Shown here in pieces: positions 1 through 11,941 of a DNA stretch of 64,000 nt. The DNA lies in assembly GCA_004431415.1 (NCBI GenBank), contig QPMI01000510.1, positions 124,001 to 188,000 of the forward strand. The letters run 5' to 3'. This DNA comes from Cyanophora paradoxa CCMP329. Its lineage: Eukaryota > Plantae > Glaucophyta. Each line of letters starts with the position of its first letter. Position 1 is the stretch's first letter. The position numbers and the translations under genes were made by a program. The notes under the pieces are model-generated. The model saw only the letters and a program-made list of their open reading frames with translations. It did not search any database and was not told where the DNA came from.

Positions 1-388
1 GAGTCCCTCGACTCGGTGCGCCCCCCCCTCGAGCGAGCCCCGGCGCCAGGGCGCGGGGCCGAGCCTCCTCCTCCTCGCGCTCGCGGCAGGTTCTGTCGAT
101 GATCGCGCCGAAGTGCCACCGGGACGTGGACTGCGTGTACATCCTCGGGGCGGACGTCCCGTGCGAGCTCCGCGGCGACGAGACCCGCCTCCGCCAGGTC
201 CTCCTCAACTTCCTCAGGTGCCCCGCCCCGCCCCGCCCCGCCCCGCCCCGCCCCGCCCCGCCGGGGGCGTGCGGGGCTGACGCGCGCCCCGCGCAGCAAC
301 GGGCTCAAGTTCAGCGAGCAGGGCGAGGTCGTCCTGCGCGTCCAGGTGCACCCCCCCTCCCCCACCCCCCACCCCACCCCCCCACCCC

Positions 389-428
<40 letters not shown>

Positions 429-3400
429 GCCCCAACCCCCTCCCCCTCCCCTCTCTACCCCGTCCATCACCTGCCCCCTCCCGACCCTGCTCGCACCTTG
501 TACCCCCTGCTCTCGCCGCCTGCCGCCGCCGCCTAGCCGCCGCTACGCCCGGGGGACCTGGGGCAGGGTTGACGGGCGGGGCGGGGCAGACGGTGCGGAG
601 CGACGTGGCCACAGTCGAGCTCCACTTCTCCATCAAGGACGGTGCGCCTGTGTCCCCGGCCCCACCCTCGACCCCTCGCCCCACCGGCCTCCGCCTTTCT
701 AGAGAGGTCGCACCTGCATGCCCAGCGACCCCCGCCTCGCTCCAAGCCGGGACGTGGCCTTCAGCCCTTCCCCGCCCCACCGCGTACGCCGGGAGGGACC
801 TCTGAGGCCCCCCCGCCCGCCCGGCCCTCTGCGCGCGCAGACGGCGTGGGGATCCCGGCGGAGAGCATCCCGGACCTCTTCCAGAGCTTCAGCCAGGTCG
901 ACACCAGCCGCTCCCGCCGCCTCGGCGGCACCGGGTGAGACCCCCGCCCCGCCCCGCCCCGCCCCGCCCCGCTGCGCCCTGTTCGCGTGCCTCTGACTCG
1001 CATCGTTCTTCCCCCTCCTTCTCCTTTGTGCAGGCTCGGGCTCGCGCTGTGCAAGCTGCTGGTGGAGAAGATGGGGGGCAAGGTCTGGTGCGAGAGCCAG
1101 GTGGGGCTGGGGAGCACCTTCCACTTCACGATCCTCCTGGAGCACGCCCGCGCGCCCTACTCGGCCGTGCGCCACCTCGCTCCCTCGCGCGGCCGGCTCG
1201 GCCGCCTGCTCGCCTCGCCGGGGCTCGCGTGCCGGAGCCGACTGGCGGGCGCCCCGCAGATCTTCGGGGAGGAGCGGCCGCAGACGGCGCGGTCGCAGCC
1301 GGCGGCGACGCCGCACTCGCCGCGCAGCTTCCGCTCCGCCGTCCGCCCCGCCCTCCGCGAGAGCGGCCCCGGCAGCATCCTCATCGCCACCCGCGAGAAG
1401 TGCGCCCCGCCTTCTGCTGCGTTCTTCCGAGTATTAGCCTGGGGCCCAAAGACTTCTAAGCGGAGGCCCACGCTAGCGCACTTGGCTCCCTTTCTCCTCC
1501 GCATCTAAAACCCCGGCCGCTCTGATGAGCAAAACTCACATTCTTATCTACATTGCATGAGGCCCCCGCGGCCGCTGACTACCTTCTGCAATCCTGAGGC
1601 CCACGCTAGCGCATATAGTTCACTTTCTCCTCCGCATCTAGAACATCGGCCGCTCTGATGAGCAAAACTCACATTCTTATCTACATTGCATGAGGCCCCC
1701 GCGGCCGCTGACTACCTTCTGCAATCCTGAGGCCCACGCTAGCCCATAACTCCCTTACTCCTCCGTATCTAGAACCTCGGCCGCTCTGATGAGCAAAACT
1801 CACATTCTTATCTACATTGCATGAGGCCCCCGCGGCCGCTGACTACCTTCTGCAATCCTGAGGCCCACGCTAGCGCACTTAGTTCCCTTTCTCCTCCGTA
1901 TCTAGAACCTCGGCCGCGCTGATGAGCAAAACTCACATTCTTATCTACATTGCATGAGGCCCCCGCGGCCGCTGACTACCTTCTGCAATCCTGAGGCCCA
2001 CGCTAGCGCACTTAGTTCCCTTTCTCCTCCGTATCTAAAACCCCGGCCGCTCTGATGAGCAAAACTCACATTCTTATCTACATTGCATGAGGCCCCCGCG
2101 GCCGCTGACTACCTTCTGCAATCCTGAGGCCCACGCTAGCGCACTTAGTTCCCTTTCTCCTCCGTATCTAGAACCTCGGCCGCGCTGATGAGCAAAACTC
2201 ACATTCTTATCTACATTGCATGAGGCCCCCGCGGCCGCTGACTACCTTCTGCAATCCTGAGGCCCATCCCTCCTAGCCTTTCAACATGCCGAACCCAGTT
2301 CCTTCCACCGTGCAGTCCTCGGAACGCTGACGCGCCCCGGTCGCCGCAGGACGTCGGACGAAGAAGGGGAGGCGCCGCGCGCCGGGAAGCGCTCCAAGAC
2401 GGATTCCGACGAGATGGCCGACGACCCCCCGGCGCGCTCGCCGGCCCCGGCACCCCCCGCGGCGCCCCCTCGCTACTCGGGCGGGCCGCTCCCGCCGACG
2501 GCGCCCGGGCGGGGCCCGGCGCCCCCGCCGGCGAGCTCGCGGCACCTGGCCTTCCAGGGGCGCCGGGCGACGACGCCGGAGGCGCCGGCGGCGGAGAAGA
2601 AGTCGTCGGCGCCGGCGCTCTCCCCGGCGGACGCGGCGGCGCTGCGGGGCAAGCGGCTGCTCGTCGTGGACGACTCGAGGGCGACGCTGGAGGCAATCCA
2701 GAGCGCGCTGCGGCCGCTCGAGATGGAGGTCGCGTGCGCCTCGACCGCCGAGGAGGTCGCCCGCCGCGAGGGCGAGCCCTGGGACTTCATCTTCGTCGAC
2801 CGCCACATCGAGAGCGACAACGACGGCTTCGGTGCGCCCCGCAAAGGGGATAGGCCCCCGCACCTTCGCTCTTCACGGCCTGGTCTCACCCCGCGGCCCC
2901 GCGCAGCGGTGGCGAAGCGGCTGGCGGAGACGGCGGCGCAGCGGATCGTCGCAGCGGCCTTCGCGAGCGCCACGGCCGACGCGGCGACGGCCGCCGTCGC
3001 CGCCGCCCTGCCCCCGTGGATCGTCCTCATGTCCAAGTGCGAGCCCGCCCCGAACCCGGCCGCCACGCGGCGCGGGGGCGGCGCTAGAGACCCACGCAGA
3101 GCGCATCAGCTCAGCGCGCCGCCTAGATGGATAGCAAGCGGCATACGGGGGTTGCGTCTGCTGACCTCGCCCCCTCGTCGCGGCCGCAGCCCCGGAGACA
3201 AGGGCCTGCTCGAGAGCCTCCCGCCGGACTCGCCCGTCGGAGCCGTCATGGTGCGCCGCCCCTCAGTCTCTTCCCGCCCGAGCTCGGTCCGCGGCTGAGA
3301 TCGCCGCGCCGCCGCAGCTCAAGCCCGTCACGTTCAACAAGCTCATGAACGCCATGGTCCGCCGCCCCGCTGCGTGTTCTCGCGCTGCGCTCATCTCGCC

Positions 3401-4487
3401 CTCGGGCTGCAGCGCTCGTGCGCGCGGCGGGGCTCGGCGTCGGTGCCGGCGGCGGCGGACAGCAGCGTGGACGGCCTGCTGGGCGCCCAGCACCCGCTGC
3501 GCATCCTCATCGCCGAGGCGCGCCCGTCCCCACCCCGCCCCCCCCACCCCGCCCTCTCTATACGACCGATCCCCCCTAAACATGCCAAGCAACCAAGCGG
3601 CGCGGCCCCTCTGAGGGGGCGGGGCGGGGGGGCAGGACAACCTGGTGAACCAGAAGGTCGCCAAGAAGATCCTCCAGTCCCTCGGCTTCGCCACCGCCGG
3701 TCCGACCCCCGCGCGCGCCCCGCCCCGCCCCCGCCCCGCCCCGCGCCCATGTGCATGCGCTTCACGAGACGAGCTCACGCGGGGCGCCACCGCCGCAGAC
3801 GTGGCGAACAACGGGGCGGAGGCGGTGGACCTCTGCAAGACGCAGAAGTACGACATCGTCTTCATGGGTGCGCCGCCATATGCGTCGATCCCGAACACCT
3901 TTTCCGAGGCCTAAGATCTAGAGCGCCAACTGCATGGATGTTCGATATCATGATCGTTTTAATTGTTGGGCGATCGGGCGCCCCTGGCCCGCCCTCGGGC
4001 TCGCTGACCGCCCCTCCCGGCAGACCTGCGCATGCCCATCATGGGTGAGCGGCGCTGCTCCCGCCCTCGCCCTCGCGCGCGCCCTGGCGGCCCGCTCGGG
4101 CGTGGGGGCCTGACGGGGGCGCAGACGGGCTGGAGGCGACCCGCGTGCTGCAGACCCTCGGCGAGAAGAAGCCGGAGTGCGCGCGCGGCCTCTCTGCCTC
4201 CTCCTTGCCCCTGGCCTCACGCGGCTGCGCAGGTACGTGGTGGCGTGCACGGCGGACGTCGTCGCCGGCGTCAAGGAGCAGTGCTTCGAGGCCGGCATGG
4301 CCGCCTACCTCCCCAAGGTGCGCACCGCGGCGGCGGCGGCGAGGGCAGCGGCCCCGGCGCCCGGCTGACGTCCCCGCGCGCGCCCCGCCCCGCCCCGCAG
4401 CCGTTCCGCAAGTTCGACGTCACCCGCGTGCTGGAGGACTACATCGTCGCGAAGATGGGCGCAGCCGACGTCCTCACCATCAGCTGA
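1..4487 (+). CDS. Hybrid sensor histidine kinase (HATPase_c plus two receiver domains), multi-exon, 5' part outside window
   Basis: Spliced translation gives the N box [21 protein letters not shown]1/F box [21 protein letters not shown] and G2 box [22 protein letters not shown]1 reads RLLVVDD...WDFIFVD; REC2 reads [15 protein letters not shown]...YDIVFMDLRMPIMDG...AYLPKPF. Stop TGA at 4485-4487. Confidence 0.95.
390..427. repeat. (CA)n microsatellite in an intron
   Basis: Uninterrupted CA dinucleotide run. Confidence 0.95.
1463..2266. repeat. Intronic tandem repeat, ~133-bp unit x ~6
   Basis: GAGGCCCA unit starts at 1463, 1596, 1729, 1860, 1993, 2126 and 2259. Units are near-identical, more AT-rich than the flanks, and lie in the kinase intron. 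Confidence 0.95.
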
Positions 4488-5242
4488 GGGCCCAGTGAGG
4501 GCCCAGGCGGCAAGAGAGCGCCGCGCGCGCGCTCGAGCCGCCCACTTTCGGTCCAAGTGTAGTTTCTTCGACTTTTTTCGCATCTGAATCACTATATTCC
4601 GCGCGCTTCGAATCGATCGAGGATCAATATCGATGTCCATGTGATGAATGCACTCTTTTTCGCGGTCGTTATAATCACTTGCACATATCCAGCATTCATC
4701 TAGAGGGCTTTTCAAGATGCTCTGTTGATCATGAAGCTTTAATTTAACTTCCTTTAAGAGCACCTGCATCATCAGGCTGCCGCAGTGCATGTGCGCCAGC
4801 AGCGCCACGCTGGCTGGCCGGCTCGAGCTCGACTCGGCGAGGTCGCCGTTGAGCTCGCTCGAGCTCGGCTAGTCTTCGACCTGCACGACAATTTATTCTG
4901 ATCGCAATGCTGCGCTTTCCAGGACACCTTCACCGTGGCACCTTGCTGAATGTGCGGTCCCTGTTTCCCCTCTCTCCTTTCATGATCGTAATCAGTGTCG
5001 CGGACGGTTCGCAGGCGTTCACGTGGACGCCGACGGCGGCGGCCGGGATCCCCAGCCGCTCGTCGACAGTCGTCGGCGCCACCGCGCTCGCCGAGTCGCT
5101 GGCGCGGCGTTGGCCGTCTTCGCCACCCTTCTCAGAGTCTCGCGGCCACTCTCCAGCTTTAATTATAAGCACGCGTACATGGTTGCTCTTGGATCGCGGT
5201 CGACGTCGGTTCTCCATGATCAGCCGCTAGCACTTTCAATCA

Positions 5243-5303
5243 CTCGTCCCTTCATGATCAGTCGTCGGCTGGCGCTTTCGGCAACTGATCATGAAGGGAC
5301 GAG
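5243..5303. other. Perfect 20-bp inverted repeat (hairpin) between converging genes
   Basis: CTCGTCCCTTCATGATCAGT (5243-5262) and ACTGATCATGAAGGGACGAG (5284-5303), with a 21-nt loop. Confidence 0.9.
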
Positions 5304-5500
5304 CCGCGGAACCAGTCCCCTGCGGGGGACCCCCCGGCCGCGGACCAGGAGGGTACTAGCTGTAGAGGGCTCCCGGATGCATCCACAGTGATTCCGCACG
5401 CGTACGGGCACTGAAAAAATTCAAAAAAGCGTCTCTGCCGGCGTACAGCTTTATTTGCGTTGCAGCTGATAGGAACGAGGAAAAAAAAAGAAACCTGGAT

Positions 5501-7116
5501 CTAGACGCGCGGCTGGGCCGACGCGCGGGGAGGGCTGCCCGCGCTAGGGCGGGGAGCGGCCGCGGAAGCCACCCGAGGCGGACAGGCGGGTCGCACGGGA
5601 TCCGGAGGGGGCCGGCGCCCGCGTGGGGCTCGGGGGCAGGGCGGGGAGGGGCAGGCTGGCGAGGACGGGCCTGGAGCCGAGGGCCACGGGCCCGCCCCAG
5701 AGCGAGGGGGGCGAGGAGGCGGGGTGCCCGGGGAGGGGCCCCGCGTGCCCGCGGGAGGCGTGCGGCGCCGAGAGCCGGCGCGGCGGCGTGGAGGGGGCCG
5801 CGGGGGCCGGGGCCGCGGAAGCCGGGGCCGCGGAGGCCGGCCGCGGGCTCGCGGCCGCCTTTTTAGGGTGAGGAGCGGCGGAGGGGCGGCCGGAGTGGAG
5901 GGGCGAGGCGGGGCGGTGGGCAGAAGAAGAGGTGGAGCTCGGGCCCGGGCGGGGCCGGGGCGGGAGCGGGAGGAGGCGGGGAAGGGACGCGGCGGGCGTG
6001 GAGGGTCGGGGCCGAGAGGCGCAGCGCGTCGCTCCGCGGGGCCGCCGCCGGCCCCGCCCGCGCTGCGCTCCCCGGCCGCCGCTCTCGGGCCGCGCCGGCG
6101 CCGGCGCCGGCGCCGGAGCCCCGCGAGGGCGGCGCCGGCGCGCCCTGCCTCGCGCTGCAATTCTCTGAGGCGAGAGCGCGCCAAGGCGAGACGGCGAGGG
6201 GGCACCTCCTGGCGACGAACTCGGCGAGGAGGATGTTGTTGTAGCGCCGCGTCTCGAAGAGCGGCGCGTACCTGCGCGGACGGAGGCGGGGGCGGTACGT
6301 CACACGCAAACGGGGGGGAAGAGAGGCGGGGCGGGCACCGCTGGGCGGCGTCGGGCGTCGGGTAGATGCGCTGGAAGCTGCCGGCGCGGTCGAGCTGCGG
6401 GCGGTAAGCAAAGAGGGAGGGCGCGGAGGGCTTCGAGGGGCCCGGGGACCTCGTCGAGGCACTCGGCGAGGACGGCGAGGTCCTCGGGGGGCAGCGCCGC
6501 CAGCCCCACGCTCCCCTCCACGCACGCCTGCCCGCGCCCGTCACGGGGGCGGCGGTGGTGGCGGCGGGGGGCGCGCCTGGTGCCGGCGGGCGCGCTCCTG
6601 GCTGGCGCTGGCGCTCGCCGAGGAGGGCGCCCCGCCCACCCAGCCCGAGGCGGCGGCCGGCGGGGGCGCGGGCGCCCCCAGCAGCCGCCCCATCCTGCGC
6701 CCGATCGGGGGCGGAACGACCTCGAGGGAGGGGGGGGGAGGGGGGGGTAGACGGGAAGGGGAGCGCCCACCTCCGGGCCTCGGCCTCGCGGGTGGCCTTG
6801 GCGCGGTTGAAGGGGACGAAGCCGACCTGCGCGCGTGGCCGCGCGGCCGCGGGGCGGGGCGGGTGAGGGCGGGCCGGGGGCGCGGGGGCGCGCGGGGCGG
6901 GGCGGCGCCATGTTGAAGAGGTCGGAGACGACCTCCGCCTTGATCCGCCGGTCCAGCGGCGAGCTGCGCCCCGGTGAGGCGAAGCTTCCACGAGAGGGAA
7001 AAAGGAAGGGGCGGGGGCGCCTGAGGTTGAGGGAGGGCGAGGTGTTGACCTCCATGATGTACGGCTTCAGGCCCGCGTCCAGCAGGATGTCCTGCAGGGG
7101 GGCCGGGCAGGGGTCA

Positions 7117-7148
<32 letters not shown>

Positions 7149-9504
7149 CGGGGGCGAGGGCGGGAGGCGGCGAGGGCGAGGGCGCCGGCGCACGATCCCG
7201 AAGAGCTCGTAGCACACGCCCCTGCCCGGCGCGGGGGATTTGCCGCCGGGGGCACGGGGCTGGCAAGGGCGCGGGGGGTACACGGGGGCGGACCGGTGGG
7301 GGCAGGACTGGTGGATGCGGTGCACGATGGTCGACTCGACCGAGATGAAGGTCTGGGGGGGAGAGGGGGGGGAGGAGTTAATGGGTACGGGTGCGAAGAG
7401 TAGGGCGGCGGGGCACGGCTCGCCTTGACGATGACGTCACGCACGCGGTCCATCATCTCCGCCACGCGCGCCGGGCCCACCTGCCGCCCCGCGGTCGGAC
7501 GGGAAGGGCCACGTGGCTTAAAGAGCGACGGGCTAAGATGCTCAGGCGCTGTAGGCAGCGCGGCTCAGGCGGGGATCGCCCGGAGAGCGGGGCGCTCGGG
7601 CGGGGGCGCTTCGGGCGGGGCGGGGCGGGGCCCGCTAACGGGGAGGCGCGGGCGGGGGGGCGCGGGGCGGGGCGGGGCGGACCTCGGACTCGAGGCGGGC
7701 CAGCAGCGCCCCCAGGCTCCTGCCCGCCAGCGTCAGTGGGGCGGGGCGGGGGGGCGGGGGTGCAGGGGGCGAGGGGTACTGGCGCGCCACTTGGAGCCCG
7801 TGCCGTCCTCGTCCGCGTTCGTGTTCGCCACGAAGGCCGTGCGCTTCTTCTGGACGCTGGGAGGGGGCGGGGGCGGGGGTACGCGTCAAGGACGAGTCGC
7901 CGGGAATGGAAAAATGGAAGAGCGGGAGAGGGGGGGTAGGCGGACCTGTAGTTCGTGAGGTGCATGTACCGTTTCTTGACTGCGGACGAAAGGTCAAGAG
8001 GGGTACAGAGAGGGGAGCCGAGGCAGGTTCGGGGGGTACCCGTCGCGGCGGAAGCGCGATACTTGTCTGTGCAGAATCGCGCCAGCCCGCGCTGGGGAAG
8101 GGGTGTGGGGTTACGTTAGCACTGAAGGCGGAGGGGGAGGAGCGGGGGTACGGGATCGGGGCGGGGCGGGGCGGGACCTTGTGGAGGTAGATGCGGAGGG
8201 GGTCGAAGGACATGACGGCCACGTAGAGCCGCATGTCGAACTTGTACCTGGGGGTACATCAAATCAGGGGGGGGCGAGGCGCGTAGGCTCATCGACGCAC
8301 CCGTCGATGAGGTAGGGGTTCGAAACGTATCTGAGGGGATAGAGTCAGGATGCGCGGGGGTACCGGTAAGGGACGCCGGGAGAGGGGTACGCGCGCACCG
8401 CTGGATGACGGCGTCCTTAGGGGCGCCGCTCTCGCGCTCTCGGGGGATCTGGGAGAGCCTGGGTACGGTTTCATACGTAAGTAAGACGGGGGTACAGAGA
8501 GTGCAAAGCAACGGGCGCACTTGGAGATGAGCTTGATGCCCCGGCCTCGGCTCGACGCCTTGGGCTTGAGAATCCTGTAACCCCGTCAGGGTTCCCGGTG
8601 CGGGAGCAGGGTGGGTAGCACGGGGGTACCAGAGCGTGCCCGAGGGGGAGCGGCCGAACTCGGCCTCGAATTCCCTGTACTCCTGGGGCAGGGCGAAGGA
8701 GCGGGGGAGGAAGTCGAACTCCTGCGCGCGAAAGCCGGTTAACATGAGATCTTCTCGGTACCCCGACACCGAGAAGATGGGGCGCGCCTCGGGGGGCCGG
8801 GAGCGGCGCATGCGCTGGATGTTGGCGTACAGGCGGTCCTTGTGGCCCAGCTGGAAGTTCCCCGGGAAGTGGTTCACGCGCTGGTACTCGTTCTGATGAG
8901 AAACGGTTAGCATTTTGAAGCGCATCTCGGAGATAGAAATAGGCTCCGCGGACGAGGAGGCGGTAGTCCTCGGGCCGCAGCGTGCTCGACTTGGCCCAGA
9001 AAGCGTTCCCTGTGGCGAGGGGCGCTCGGCGCGCGCGCGCGCGCGGAGATCTAATTTGGGTGCGCACAGTCGTCGGAGTCGGTCTGCTTGAAGCCGGCCG
9101 ACTGCAGCACGAGCTTGACAACCTCTGTGAGGAGAGTCGGAGGTGGCGGCGGCGCCGGCGGGCGGCGGCGGCGCGGCGCGCTGCAGCTGCGCACTGGTGT
9201 TGAAGTCTCGCATTTGAAAGTACAGCTTCTTCGTCTTGAACTTGATCAGGCGGTCTGGCGGCCTGTGGCCCTCGGGGAGGAACTGAGTGAAGGCTACCGT
9301 GGGCGGCCGGTCGCTGTAGCGGGAGACGTAGACGGGGAGGAGGGGAGAGGCCGAGCCGGCCGGTTCCGGCACCGGATCCTCCGCCCCGCGCGCGTCCTCC
9401 TCATCGCTGGCCGGCGCGGCGAAGTCGCTGCCTTCGGAGCCGGACTCGTCCCCGTCACCGTCCAGCTGCAGCGAATCGATGTCTTCCTCCTCAAAGCGAC
9501 TCAT
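5501..9504 (-). CDS. Tubulin-tyrosine-ligase-like polyglutamylase (TTLL4/5-like), multi-exon; ends approximate
   Basis: Exons encode QRVNHFPGNFQLGHKDRL, ILKPKASSRGRGI, KFDMRLYVAVMSFDPLRIYLH, MHLTNYS, CYELFG, DILLDAGLKPYIMEVNTSPSL and LDRRIKAEVVSDLFNM. Confidence 0.93.
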
Positions 9505-9806
9505 GGCACCCCGCGACGTGGAGCTGCTTAGCTATGCCGTTGCCGCATCAGCGTCCGAAACAGCTCCGGCGCTCCGCCGGCGCCGCCGGCTGCAGGGTTG
9601 CGACGGCAGATGTCGCTGTCGTCTCCTGCTCTCTGCAGAACGGCTAGCTACGGTCGCTGTTTTGAGTCTGCCTGTGCCGAGGGGGTACAGGAGTCGACAT
9701 TCGGCCCGGCCTCTGTTTGAGACTGGCGCGGTTGCTGGCTTTCTGAAAAGGTGCGGCGCGAGCGCACACTTGGGCGCGGGCGCCGGCGCCGCCTAACCTT
9801 TCGCAG

Positions 9807-11775
9807 ATGGCGTCTCTGCGCTCTTTCCTGAGATTTCTCGCCGTGCTCGTCCCCGCAATCGCACTTGGTGTCATGCTCATGCGGGCCTTCTACTCGATCG
9901 ACGCGAGCCAGCGGGCGCGCGCCGCGCTAGCGCTGCTGTTTCGGCGCTGTTGTCGTTCAGCGCCTCTCCGGCGCTCTCTCGCTCTTTCTCAGCGCTCGCG
10001 CTGATGTAAACGTCAGCGCGGGCTTCTGGACGCGGTGCGGAAAGCGCCTTACGGCATCTCGCGGGACGCGCTGGAGTGCCTTAGCGGGCTGGAAGCGTGC
10101 GACGAGTCCTTCTCTGTCATGCAGGCGGAGTCCTGGAGGGCTCTTGACTCGTGGAAGACAGGATGCTCTGACTCCTCCGGTGCGAGCTTGTAACGGGCCG
10201 GGCCAATTTAAATTTGATTTGATCCGGATCTCCTCCCGGCCCTTGCTGACCCAAGCCCGCGGCCCCGCAGACCTGCTTCACCTCTACCGAAGTGAGATCA
10301 AATGGTTCCTTGCCTCTGCGGCGCGCCCCGATCGCTCTTTTCGCAGCCGTGAGCCCCGGAAAGGATAAGGTCTTCGTGGACATTGGTGGCCCCGCCCCGC
10401 GTCCGAACTGCTTTCGGTGCCTCCGCTGACGGGTGCGACGCCACAGGCGCGAACAGAGGACACGTAGTGCATCAGATCGTCACGCTGTGCGCTCGCGGGT
10501 CATGTCTCGGTTCCGGTTTCTTGGATCGTTTTTTGAATCTCGGGGGGCCCTGCAGGTTCTCGGACGCATCGGAGCGGTTCATGCTTCAGCACATAACGAA
10601 CGGAATCGCACCCGCCTGCCGCGAGGGCAATGGCACGACCTCGGTGCGCCCCGCGCCTGCCCCTCGCCTCGAGTTCGGATCCGATCCCGCGCCGATTCGA
10701 ACCAGGTGCTGGCCGTAGAGCCCGCGCACTCGAACGCGCCCTTCCTCCAGCGCCTTCGCGAGTTGTACCCCGACCACGTCTCCATCCTCCAGACCGCCGT
10801 CGCCGACCGCGAGGCGCGCACTGCAGCCCCCTCCGGCTTCTCCCCTCCCTTCCGAATGACGGGGTACCCGTGCAGGCCCCGACGGAGCACGGGGTACAGT
10901 TCGTGGACCTGGGGCCGGAGCGCAGCTCCCGCAGTTCGCTCCAGCCGGTCCGCGCCCCTTTCCCATCCGTACTCCCCCTTCGACGACCCGGTGACCCCCG
11001 CACCCTGCAGGGCGTGGGCCCCGAGGCGCCGCTGGTGAGGGGCACGGAGCGCTACGGCGTACCCGTCACGACGCTGGATTCCATCGTGCGGGAGCGGAAG
11101 CTCGACAAGGCGCGCGGGGGTGGGGGGCGGCGCTGAGAGGGGCCTAAGCCGAGAAGCCACCCGGGGGCCCCTGCGGGCGGCCTGGCCCGACCTCGCGCCC
11201 CAGATCCACTTCCTGAAGGTGGACACGGAGGGCTCGGACCCGCTGGTGCTGCGGGGCGCGGGGGAGACCCTCGCCGGCCGCGGCGTCGACGTCCTCGTCT
11301 TCGAGCGCGCCCCGCCCCGCCCCGCCTCCCCCAGCGCTCCCCTGAGCCGGCGCCCGGGGGCAGGTACCACACGCTCGGGGCCTGGCCCGAGACCTCCCTC
11401 CGCCGCGAGGTCCGCCCCCGTACCCCCTCGCCTCCCCTCCCCCCGGCCTAGCTCTGGAGCTCGAGCTGTGGAGTGCGCGGGGCCGGGGCAGGTGGAGCGG
11501 GTGGCGGGGTACGGGTACGAGTGCTTCCTGATGACCCCAGGGGCCTACTTCAAGGTCTCCGGCGCCTGCTGGGACCCCGCCTACGAGGCCCGCCCGCTGC
11601 AGCTGCCCCGGCCCGGCTCGCGGCCCGCACCCCGAGCCGCCGGCTTCCCCCTGACCCCTCCCCCGCGCAGATCCGGCAGTGGAGCAACGTGGCGTGCGCC
11701 GTGCGGGGCCACCCGCTCCTCCGCGCCCTCGCCCTCCACCGCTCAGCCTGCTTCCCCCCGGGCCCCGACGCGTAG
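9807..11775 (+). CDS. FkbM-family SAM-dependent methyltransferase with N-terminal membrane anchor
   Basis: Hydrophobic N-terminus; VFVDIGANRG, VLAVEP, VPVTTLDSIV and IHFLKVDTEGSDPLVLRGA motifs. Confidence 0.88.
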
Positions 11776-11941
11776 CCCCCCGCGCCCTCCAGTTCCTGCC
11801 CTCCTCTCTTTTGTAGTTATCAGAGTACTTGTAAATGAGAACAGCCTCGAGCTCTGGTGTCTTTGCGCTCGAGCTCCAGCTGACGCAGGCTGCTGGAGGC
11901 CGCCGCTGGCTCCCTCTTTTGTAAGGCGGGGCGCCGGGCGG

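Noticed and set aside
1463-2266. Hammerhead ribozyme (retrozyme) array, suggested by CTGATGAG in every unit
   Set aside because: No GAAA after stem II and no UH cleavage site before the complementary stem I strand.
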